Positions 20,601-28,212 are shown, counted from the first letter of the stretch. The stretch: 64,000 nt of DNA from an uncultured Gemmataceae bacterium (GCA_963750165.1 CAVVPN010000011.1:2284270-2348269); one strand, 5' to 3'. Made by a program: numbers and translations. Notes: generated by a model from the sequence alone, not told the origin.

Positions 20601-21093
20601 CGGGTTTGCCCTCGCCGTCGAAGACGGTCACGTGGCCCCGGGCGGTGCCCGCGACGAGCCACTGGCCGGTCGGGTCCGTCGCCAGCGCCGTGCCGGCGTC
20701 CGGCAGCGGCAGCGTCTGCACGGTCTTGCCGTCGCCGCGATTGACGATGACGACGGTGTTCTCGACCAGTGCCGCCAGCCGCTCCTGCGCCAGCAGCGCC
20801 AGCGCCACGGGCGCCGCGGCCAGCTGGGCGCCGATGGACTTCGGGGCGTTTTTGGCGGTGGCGTGGTAAATCCTGGCGTCGCTGCCGCCGACCCAGAGGT
20901 GCTCGCCGTCCGCGACGAGCGCGACGCCGCCGGCCGGCAGCAGGGCGGCGTCGAGGGTCTGCTTCTCGGCGTGCCAGCGGTACAGGGCGGTCGGCTGGCC
21001 CTCGGGGTGGACGGTGACGAAGGCCACCTGGTTGCCGACGCCGACGGCCGCCCGGATGTCGCCGCGGTACTGGGAATAGCGTTCCGTCGTCAT
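14689..21093 (-). CDS. 2134-aa WD40 beta-propeller + HEAT/ARM repeat protein (retron-associated)
   Basis: N-terminal WD-like repeats (FYTGSRDKTVKAW) followed by many VR..A..AL HEAT units. Confidence 0.88.
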   Translation of the reverse strand: MTTERYSQYRGDIRAAVGVGNQVAFVTVHPEGQPTALYRWHAEKQTLDAALLPAGGVALVADGEHLWVGGSDARIYHATAKNAPKSIGAQLAAAPVALALLAQERLAALVENTVVIVNRGDGKTVQTLPLPDAGTALATDPTGQWLVAGTARGHVTVFDGEGKPEFLISESEKIHEGAVTALLFEQEELRFFSVGADQKLLSTHARGKLEPEDRGRGNNHTEPITAMIWAPGGERFYTGSRDKTVKAWPRVGAAKPATLKDGVVKVTGLTLVQVHTRTQLAVVCDDNTLRCFIIDAAGKIGDPTAKVYDAFAWVKNEFEQTESRRREAAIRALAGFNDNAGIELLSEQIGKDGDHGLRLLATQLLGDAANPRAAKALEKRLNHADEAVRIAALTGLRKHLGDSDLRPLDLALKTDKPDVGKLAVAALEQLAAKDDQALTRLVETLDAKTLEVRRAALASLERVHGGAAEANLIALNSKHADLRKFTLIRLFQRKLLQDAKVQAALRRRAEDADADVRRTAFLISLCTRDRLPPALRARDPELHRQLVELETFGQEAEPEGKEKKGKKTEKAEPALQKVAAQVKAVAGKPQKPAAEKPNLDEADYNPLLQATASRALDVCLMGGRGLAVLGDPRAFGLLLQLSREDDTAARVEVCRALAALDDERAVKRLRSLLYDKEAAVRDAAFTALLALHDEQPLTVAESGLSAAFEDVRRRGLQVLVSEAKKAKPKDAVAPTWQLLVRALNDSFESVRNEAFKAALNLQIAGGGVATLRFVLQSAHANVRREVLTEVMAQVGEQWAWSLLLEFYNDPDPKLRDEAFQFAVKKTKELEPLEVGLLAQYVDVRKAAVEGLVKKHTKAAQAILVRALVDKEKVVRQRAIQSLVSDDARAALTDALQSPHDDVRLSAAKALAKHGDRAALPVLLSLATRPEPQEKERQGEWAALVADALAGLAELGDPAALTDVLPLLDSTHANVRQAAARALIWVSPANAPEALRQALQHNDNHVKYLAALGLAYAGDPYVASWVFVDQAATVFRPEERLIAALTLGPAGEDQLTVFLDDADSHLCNQALLLLMMLELKANAGTPTRCLASLSSRMPRVRLTAARALECFTDPAAFLQFVTQLFNDRGEEQPWKIGADIVDTVATLVAHAGPHLKARTAALLQTLKEKEPHAWNAAWAAHTQRFAHEIATLRQQAQRPPASQYTPEQLQELAFGAYVGLVREQGSAAGRQERAALVIRVRQTALARILALAGADAHYARAAVPVFVQALGDPNQPVRFQAFEQLQTLKMDGTALGAEALEAGHTDLGIKGLELLGASAKGGQGDKVIEQVMLTRGDNLALEAAKLLVARQGQTPVAARALEAANDEVRKQAVLWLAAEYEKDPAAQAALRQALDSRYRPVRNRAALELAGKKDSAAYAALVSLLNTAPDAATQNQAIKALVTLGDPRTPDALLDRLENDPAGTAQVAELFQAVGRFRRPEVAPRLFGLFEKQPKWRKQAFEALQLVSGHDQPIEDYEDEKPDREWLEKQHPRRDALLAQLIDRCFTVGAGDLLTRLIPAARWALGQEVDSALAVVVAHPDERFRHSFVEAVGWRLRKRGGPAESLVKALAHKDPVTQFLAAEGLAKAGRNDGMNVLLASIDFLTDHPMRARALRALGELADVRSVDTLLRLANEEGHALQDVAAEAIGHLGRSDKADAIFKLLARLVKSDSVLAGSAVKGLRWLNTRDAWQLIREQTQDWATYAVYFAIEQLGYNNEPSTRDLLLKMLSESDDTMSVEAALTSARRLWGPDALEPDYALLRNPNEGNDYDEVLKRACERGEPAELFRLLASGIEFVHTAIANALINRTPPPLAEARAALTSQNAKTVQVAAHLLGRAGSAAKDAAKDVAAALDRWAAAWQERRRLVAKDNLPRDRQQLDQLTPCLTSLIWAAGRLGVAQDRLVALAAAGADDPLYRPIRLEAVTALADSKDAATLDVLEQAALGNDPEIRTVAADALGRNSPERAKKIAEKLLSDRVSFNRLLLRDGAAETDTLRAAVRQVHYQGVALPHLVAQADVDGLAAVAENPKLPEATRLGAVEGLAKIPQAAAEQKLLAVARNDKEEEELRKAAWRALRRLKRARQRLATAAGEVKTT

Positions 21094-21116
21094 AGAGCAC
21101 CGATCGTATGATCATG

Positions 21117-21195
21117 TGAGACGGCTCTGGAGAGCCGTCCTACATGATGTCGCACTCGCCTCGTATTCCGTAGGACGGCTCTCCAGAGCCGTCTC
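21117..21195. repeat. GTAG-type REP pair flanking RAYT
   Basis: gagacggctctggagagccgtcctac and gtaggacggctctccagagccgtctc. Confidence 0.85.
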
Positions 21196-22030
21196 ACACC
21201 TGCTTTGGCTCCTCGAATCGCCAGCCGAGATCAACCCACTGCGGCCTGATCCACAACGGACAATTCTTTCTCAGTAAACCCGCCCTCTCTGGATTCGAGC
21301 CAATATACTGAAGCGCACGCCACAAGTGTTCTTCATCGCGGAGGATACGGTCGTAATTTTCCTCTTGCCACAGGTCACCCGAGGTTTGCAGCGTCCGGTT
21401 GATGCGACGCGCACTGTACTTCTTCCAACTACCCAGAATCGCTTCGAGTGGGTGCTCAGTGGGAACTAAGGGTCGCACGATGACATGGGCGTGGTTGGGC
21501 ATGACCACGTAAGAATCAAGCTCATACCGCTCGCCGTCGAAATGGTGCAATGCGGAGATCACCAAAGCAGCCAGGGCGGGTTGCTTCAGCACGCAACTGC
21601 CCATGCCCTGATCGAGCCATCGCTCAACCCGCTCGAAAACCGCACGCGCGCGGTTTTCCAATTCATCGGTTGACGGTGTGGCGCCGTGAGTGGCGTCACT
21701 TGTAGCACCGATCGTAGGACGGCTCTCCCGAGCCGTCTCGCCGCAGAGACGGCTCTCCCGAGCCGTCTCGCCGCAGAGACGGCTCTCCCGAGCCGTCCTA
21801 CGATTCGCGTCGTGTGCCGCAGTGTTGTGCAGAGTGGTGCGTCGCTCCCATTCCACTTTCAGCTGTTCCAACTCGTCCAGTTTGCTCTGAGGTAGAGCGT
21901 CAGCCAGACGGAAGGTAACGAGGTAAGTAGCGCCCTCCTGACGCCAATGGGGCAGATGTCGATGGTACACCGTGACCGATTTGTCCGGATGGAGTCTTTG
22001 AAATCCTGGTGGTGGCGGCAAATTCCACAT
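21194..22030 (-). mobile_element. REP-associated tyrosine transposase (RAYT, IS200/Y1 superfamily)
   Basis: HLPHW, YLVTFRLAD, YVVMPNHAH (HUH), WQEENYDRILRD; flanked by REPs. Confidence 0.9.
21714..21801. repeat. Tandem REP array inside the RAYT CDS (in frame)
   Basis: Three gacggctctcccgagccgtc palindromes at a 30-bp period, encoding TARESRLCGE repeats. Confidence 0.9.
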
Positions 22031-22080
22031 CCCTCACTCCTTGACGGTTTTCGCCATCATGAGATCATTCCCACTCCCCC

Positions 22081-22172
22081 GTAGGACGGCTCTGGAGAGC
22101 CGTCTCTTGAGAAGAAGACGGCTCTGGAGAGCCGTCTCTTGAGAAGAAGACGGCTCTGGAGAGCCGTCCTAC
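22081..22172. repeat. Tandem GTAG REP array (3 units)
   Basis: gtaggacggctctggagagccgtc(tcttgagaagaa)...cctac at a 33-bp period. Confidence 0.9.
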
Positions 22173-25100
22173 GTTTTTTTCCCGTCAACACTGGACGGAA
22201 GCGGATCTTGCTTGCGTATCCGCGTCACCGCCACCAGGCACGCCGCTCGCTCACTCTGGCCGCGCGACTCCATGAACTCCACCAGCAACGGCAGCACCAC
22301 CGCCGCGAAATCGCGCTCCTCCAGCGCCAGATCGCGGATCACCTCCACCAGCGACAGTTTCGCCTTGCGCCGGCAGCGGCTTGACGCGCTGCATCAAACT
22401 CTCGCCGTCTTCCTTCGGCGCCGGCGGCAACCGCGGCGGCGGAATCTCGAACAGCACCCGCCGCATGAACTCCTGCAACGCCTGGAAGCTCGCCGGCAAC
22501 CGCGTCGGCCGCTCCGGTGCCCCAGTGCCCCGCTCCGGCACCGTATCGACCTTCTTCGGCTTCTTGCTCGTGCCGATGTCGGACTTCGGCGGCACATACG
22601 GCTTCCAACCCTCGGTGATGCCGCGGTCGCGGTACAGCGACCAGATGGAGCGGATCACAAACGCCCGCACGCGCCGATCCGGGCTCTCCGTCAAGCGGAA
22701 CAACTCTTCCGGCACCTGCAACCGCGGGATGCGCCGGATAAGCTGCATACCCAGCGAGCGCGTCGATTCCTCCGGCGACTCGCAAAAACTGTAGACGGCG
22801 CTGGCGGTCAGCACCGCCGGATCGACGCGGTAACGGCGATGCTCCGGGGCGTCGTCCGCCAGCAGCGCGTTGGCGACGAACTGCCGCACGTCGCTGAACG
22901 GCACCTCGCACAACCGCACCAACTCCGGCACCGGCGGCGCCCAGCGCGCGAACTCCCACTTGGCCAGTTCCAGCGCGAACTCGCGCAGCGGCTTGCGGGT
23001 CTCGCTGAACAGCGGCTTCACCAGGTCGAACGTCAGGAACGCCGCCGGGATTTCCGCGCCCGGGTCCACCGGCCGGTCCGTCTCCGCCAGGGCGATGTCC
23101 GGGTGGTGCAGCTTCAGGTAGCGGCGGGCGAAGCGGCCCAGCGGCGCGTCGTCGGGGCCGGGCGCAGTCGCCAGTTGCCACAGCCGTTCGCAGCCGGCCA
23201 GCGTCGCGTCCGCCGAGAACGTCTGCTGCCGGCCCGCCAGCATCTGCAAAAACGCCGTCTCGGAGATGATCTTGATGTTGCCGCCGGATGCGTTGACCTC
23301 CTCCGCCTTGACCTGCTTGCTGCCCTTCTTGCCCTGGCCGTACAGCGGCGAACCCTCGTCACCAATGACGAGATAATGGAGCTTGTTTGTCACCGAACTG
23401 AAGATGACGCCATTGTTCTCGCGCACCTTCTTCTCGGCGTCCTTGCGGTCCATGGTCGCCATCTTGCCGGTGAAGACGAACGACGCGCCTTCCAGGTCAA
23501 CCTTGACGGCACCCGCTTCCGCCGCGGCCGGGGCGGCGGCCGGCTGCTGCGGGGCAAAGTCGGCGGGCACGAACACCTTGCTCAGCGTCTCGACGGCGAA
23601 GTCATGGTAGCGCGGTTCGCTGCGCACCACCAGTTTCATCAGCCAGTCCTGACCGAGGTCGGCGGTCGTGAAGCGGCGCACGTCGCTGAGCCAGGCCAGC
23701 ACCTTGTCGGCCAAATTCTCGTCAAACTTCAGATCCTTCGCCCAGGCCCGGTCGCTCGCCTTCAGCGCCGCCACCCACGGATCGGTCTCGAAATCGGGGT
23801 GAAACGCCACCGTCTTGAGGAACGGCGCCCCGAGCGTCTGGGCCTTGAGTCGGCCCTCGTCGATCCAGCGCATGACGTGCGCCCGGCCGCGCGGCATCAG
23901 CAGCAGGCGCTTCAAAAAGTCCGCGTCGAGCGTGTCCAGGTCGAAGCGGGCCAGCTCGCCGAGCGCGAAGTCGAGCACGCGATTCTCGGCGGCGTCGTTG
24001 GCCTGTTTGACGCGGTCGATGAGGCCGGTGAAGAAGGCAGCCCCGAGTTTTTCGCGCGGATGAATCTGCGGCAGCAACTTCTTCAGGAAGTCGAAGGCGG
24101 CGAAGTTCTGCGTGAACAGTCGATCCGCGAACCACTCCGGCGTCAGTTCCTTGACGCCGAAACTCTTCTTGATGACGCCCGCCGCCAGGTCGTGGCCGTG
24201 CTGCGATTCCAGCAGCGTGCCCCACACGTCGAGGCCAACTTCCTTGCGCGGGTCGCGGGACAGCAGCAGGTCCGCGGCCAGCTTGCGCACGTTGGCGCTG
24301 GTGCTGTTCGCCAACCGCACCAGCTCCGTCACGGGCAAATCCCGGGCGTGGGTGCGGGCGTAGTCGGCGGCGTACACCTGCGCCTCATTCGAGCCGGAGT
24401 CGAACAGCCGCAGCACCGCCTCGTGCAGCCCCAACGTGCGAAAACTGCCCTGCTCGAAGCGCGGCACGTTGTTCAGGATCCACACGACGAAACTGTCGAT
24501 GGTCGGGCTGCCGACGTTGACCAGGCGCGCGACCCACTCCGGCTCAACTTCACGTAGCAGAGCGCGGAAGTCCGTTTTCAAACTCTCGGTGGCGAACAGC
24601 CGCACCTGCTCGGATCGGGCCCGCTCCAGTAGCGAAAACAGCGGCCGCGGGCTGCGCTTCCACAGGTCCGCGAACGCCCGGTTTTTCAGCAGACTCGGCG
24701 GCTGCCGGTGATAGGTGAAGCGGCTGCGGTTGTACTTCTTCTCCTCGTGGTGAAAGATGTGGTTCGCCACCCAGGTGCGCAGCCAGTGCGTCTGATCGGT
24801 GTAATGGGCCAGCACATCGACGCAGGCGTCGGCGTAGGTCGCCGGCAGTGTCACGCCGGTGCGGCGCAGAAAACGCCAGGCCCGGCGGCACAGGTAGCCC
24901 AACGTGGCGATGCTGATCTGATACTGACCGCCGCCGTAGGCCATGTCGAAGCGCGCCGCCAGGGCGCCGTAGATTTCGGTGTCGCCGCGGCCCTCGGCCT
25001 CCTTGAAGATTTTCTTGAGGGCGCGCCAGGGGCCGTAGGTCAGCGGCACCGTGGCGATGATGCGCAGCAGGGCGGTGCGCGCGAACAGGCCGTTGTCCTG

Positions 25101-25403
25101 CCACAGCGCCAGCAGCACCTCGTGCAACCGCAACTTGTCGTCGAGCGGCACCTCGGCGTCGGGCGCTTCGAGGGCCTTCATGGTCTCGATGCGGTAGTGG
25201 GCCTGCTCGGCGTCGGGCCTGGCCTTGAAGGCGCGGGTTTGCAGCGTGGCGAGGAATTTGGCGAAGGTGAGGGCGCCTTTGCGCGGCGGCGTCTTCGGCG
25301 GCGGTGGCGGCTGCGCGGCGAGCAGATCGACCAGCTGGACCACCTGTGGGTCGTGGGCTTCCCAGGCACGGCGAACGTCGTCGAGTTGCAGTTGCGTGGC
25401 CAC
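22169..25403 (-). CDS. Helical-repeat protein with a LigA-type BRCT domain (retron-associated); probable frameshift near 22368
   Basis: BRCT LEGASFVFTGKMATMDRKDAE...SSVTNKLHYLVIG...GSKQVKA. The ORF as sequenced stops at 22251, but a protein-like tail (RKAKLSLVEVIRDLAL...) continues in another frame to 22169. Confidence 0.8.
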
Positions 25404-25435
25404 CGGTGGTTACCCTCCGCGGGCGCGGCTCGAGC

Positions 25436-25509
25436 CCGGCGAGCGGGGGGCGTGAACCCCCTGTTGGATCGCACACCAATACAGGGGGCTCACGTCCCCC
25501 GCTCGCCGG
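25436..25509. repeat. REP-like palindrome (GGCGAGCGG family)
   Basis: ccggcgagcggggggcgtgaaccccctg...cagggggctcacgtccccgctcgccgg. Confidence 0.8.
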
Positions 25510-25570
25510 CATGACGACTCATAATCGGTCAGACACTTCTGGTTCGTCGTTGAACCAGCGCGGTTGGAGC

Positions 25571-25846
25571 GCCGGCCCGTTTTTCTCGGAGGTGAGACTA
25601 CTTCTCCGCCTGGGTCACGGAAGGCTCACGGGCTCGCCGGAAGTATTCCTGCAGAGCATGCAGTGAAAACCGCGGCGGGCGTGGTTGTCCCAGACTCACT
25701 GCATGCTCTGCAGGAATACTTCCGAACAGCGAGCCTGAAACAGCCTTCCCTGAGACAAATCCCACACAAACCACTGGGGCGGCGCAACGCCGCCCTCGGT
25801 GCAAGGCACCAAGCTAGTCCTCCGCCTCCGAGAAAAACGAACCGGC
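25571..25846 (-). ncRNA. Retron msr-msd ncRNA, unit 1
   Basis: a1/a2 inverted repeats at 25571-25600 and 25815-25846; candidate branch G at 25814; msr stems; perfect 29-bp msd stem 25638-25666/25696-25724. Confidence 0.85.
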
Positions 25847-25934
25847 AATCCTTGAACGTGGATGTGTTGCGGTCGGGCCTCCGGCCCGAGAGGAGCAAGC
25901 ATGCAGCGAAAACACACCACCGGGCGATGTAATC

Positions 25935-26209
25935 CCTTGAGGTTGCTCCGGGGAGGGCACTTACTTCCCCGCCTGGGTCACGGAAGGCTCACGGACCCGC
26001 GGCCCATCACGGAGATCACCGTGATGCCGGAACCGCGGTTCGCGTGGTTGCTCCAGACCGGCGTCACGGTGATCTCCGTGATGGGCCAACGGCGGGTCTG
26101 AAACAGCCTTCCCTGAGATGGTTGACACAGAACACGCCCGGGTGACGCAACATCACCCACGGTGCAGAGCACCGGGCTAAGTTCCCCGGCCCCGAAGCAA
26201 CTCTCAAGG
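25935..26209 (-). ncRNA. Retron msr-msd ncRNA, unit 2
   Basis: Inverted repeats at 25935-25963 and 26178-26209; candidate branch G at 26177; 30-bp msd stem 26001-26030/26058-26087 with one G-T pair. Confidence 0.85.
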
Positions 26210-26217
26210 TTGGGTGT

Positions 26218-26246
26218 GTTGTAACCGACGCCGCGCGGCCGGGCAA
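26218..26246 (-). promoter_or_regulatory. Putative sigma70-type promoter for ncRNA unit 2
   Basis: TTGCCC-17nt-TACAAC on the minus strand, 8 nt before the a1 arm. Confidence 0.65.
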
Positions 26247-26260
26247 GGTGCGTAGCGGCG

Positions 26261-26300
26261 AAAAAAACGCGAGCCGCCAGGATTTTTCCAGGCGGCTCGC
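26261..26300 (-). terminator. Intrinsic terminator after ncRNA unit 3
   Basis: Minus strand GCGAGCCGCC-loop-GGCGGCTCGC followed by GTTTTTTT. Confidence 0.8.
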
Positions 26301-26303
26301 AGG

Positions 26304-26554
26304 GTTTCCGGAGCGGGACTACTTCGATTCCTGGGTCACGGAAGGCTCTCTGGCTCGCCGACGCGCGTGCCCTGGCGCGCGCGCCGGTACCACGGTTGGC
26401 GTGGTTGATCCAGATCGGCGCGCGCGCCAGGGCACGCGCGTCGAACAGCGAGCCTGAAACAGCCTTCCCTGAGACGATCGGTCCAGCACACGCTCGGGCG
26501 ACGCAACATCGCCCACGATGCAGAGCATCCAGCTAATCCGCCGCCTCCGAAAAC
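26304..26554 (-). ncRNA. Retron msr-msd ncRNA, unit 3
   Basis: Inverted repeats at 26304-26321 and 26534-26554; candidate branch G at 26533; perfect 28-bp msd stem 26359-26386/26416-26443. Confidence 0.85.
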
Positions 26555-26561
26555 TGGGCGT

Positions 26562-26590
26562 GTTGTAGTTGGCACTCCGCAAAACGGCAA
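26562..26590 (-). promoter_or_regulatory. Putative sigma70-type promoter for ncRNA unit 3
   Basis: TTGCCG-17nt-TACAAC on the minus strand, 7 nt before the a1 arm. Confidence 0.65.
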
Positions 26591-26877
26591 GGCAGGCCCG
26601 TGCCACGCCGTGACCGCCAAGGCCGTCAGGGTGGCTCGCGAAAACGTTGGCGGTCTTGGCGGTCTTGCTCGGCCCGGCAACGCCGGGCGTCCGTTGGCAC
26701 CGCGTTTTCCGTCCCCGACTGGCGCTGGCCGCGCCGCCCCGGCCCGGCGACCGCAGGAGGAAGCGCCTGGGCGACGGCGGTCACCACCGTGGGAGGTTCG
26801 TTGCCGAAAAATACGCCGCGGGCGCCCGATTCGTTCGAGCGCCCGCGGCGTCGCCTCTCTCCGTTTTTCCGGCCCCG

Positions 26878-27006
26878 CTAGCGGACAGTGCCGCCCCATG
26901 GGAATCCGAAGATCCAGCCCATCAACAACAGCACGCCGCCGATGATGACGGCCCAAACCAACATCGGCACGGATCGCGACGCGGGACGGTCATTGAAATT
27001 CTCCAT
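26878..27006 (-). CDS. Small 42-aa single-TM protein
   Basis: GGAGGGG RBS; hydrophobic stretch MLVWAVIIGGVLLLMGWIFGF. Confidence 0.55.
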   Translation of the reverse strand: MENFNDRPASRSVPMLVWAVIIGGVLLLMGWIFGFPWGGTVR

Positions 27007-27083
27007 GACACCCCTCCGTATTGAGGCGACCCCCTCGACCAGTTCGATGAGGAGAAAAATTGCAAACGCTGTGCCACTCTGGT

Positions 27084-27140
27084 CGTGGTGCAGGCGTCCC
27101 GCCTGCAAAACCTTCATGCAGGCGGGACGCCTGCACCACG
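27084..27140. repeat. REP-like palindrome
   Basis: cgtggtgcaggcgtcccgcctgca...tgcaggcgggacgcctgcaccacg. Confidence 0.8.
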
Positions 27141-27825
27141 GAACAGCACCGCGACGCCGCGCAGCGAACCTTCGTCCAACTCATGTACCTCCGCGCTGGC
27201 GTACGCCGGGATCAACCGCCGCACCACCTCCACTCCTCCGCCGGTCAGGAACACGCGCCGCACCGTGCGCGGCCCCAGCGCCGCCAGCGCCCGCTCGTGC
27301 TGCTCCGCCAGCGCCCGCAGCACCGCCGCTAGCAGGTCCAACCGATCCGTCTCCAGCGTCAGCTCGCGGAAGGCCGCCCGGTGCGCCTCGATCTCCAGCC
27401 AGTCGCCACCCAGGTACGCCGGCTCCAGCGCCACCCGCGTGCTGCGCTTCTGGGCCTCGACAAGGGTCTGATGGAAGAACTCCGCTGCCGACTGCTCGCG
27501 GAAGCACAGCCGGTGCAGCCAGTCCAGGGCCACACCGCCTACCGGGTTGTGCGTCACCGCCACGTAACCGCCGCCGACGCCGTGCAGCCGCGTCAGCCGC
27601 CGTGGGTCGGGCCGCGGTGCGTCCGTCAGCACCGCCAGCACCTGCGTGGAGCCGACCACGTGCAGCAGGTCGTCGCGCGTCATGCCGGCCGCCAGCATGG
27701 CGCAGCTGGTGTCCGCGGTGCCGAGCTTCACCGGCAGCCCCGGCGGCACGCCCAGGTCCGCCGCCGCCGCCGAGCGCAGCAGCCCCACCGTCGCCGTGCC
27801 GTCCACCACCGGCGGCAAGGGCATC
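27114..27825 (-). pseudogene. C-terminal part of an FGGY carbohydrate kinase (N-terminus missing)
   Basis: GTADTSCA, GST, VFLTGGG motifs; coding signal lost at ~27825. Confidence 0.7.
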
Positions 27826-28212
27826 ATCGCCGTCTGCAAGAACGAAGGCCTCCGATTGTGGGAGGTCGCCACGGGCAAAGAACTCCACAATTTCTCGGGC
27901 TATCGGCTCCCGAGGAATGCGCGTGCGCCAACGCTGGTCGTGTCCGGCGACGGCAAGGTGATTGCCACCAACATCGCCTATGAGCCGGTCGTCGTTCTGT
28001 GGGACGCGGCCACGGGCAAGGAACTGCGTCGCCTGAAGGTGCCGGGCCAAGGGGACACCATCCTGGCGTTCACACCGGACGGCCAGCAGCTGGCGACGGC
28101 CCCGCACTACCAGGACAACCCGCGCCGTCGCAGCATCGTGTTGTGGGAGGTCGCGACGGGCAAGCAGCTTCGCCGTAACGGGGCCGGCAGGGGTGCGATC
28201 ACTTCTTCTTGA
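27815..28212 (+). pseudogene. Internal WD40 repeat fragment
   Basis: LRLWEVATGKE, VVLWDAATGKE and IVLWEVATGKQ repeats without a plausible start or complete end. Confidence 0.65.

Noticed and set aside
15841..24557. Long antisense ORFs (990 aa, 491 aa, 781 aa; also 60640-63999)
   Set aside because: Shadow ORFs opposite real genes in high-GC DNA, with no recognisable motifs.
25571..26554. CRISPR array or REP interpretation of the three repeats
   Set aside because: The period is ~360 bp with several conserved blocks, the variable parts are self-complementary, and there are no cas genes. Covarying msr-like stems and a1/a2 ends fit a retron ncRNA.
25564..27024. Short ORFs across the ncRNA array and its upstream region
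   Set aside because: Low-complexity Arg/Pro/Ala translations; conservation between units follows RNA structure, not codons.
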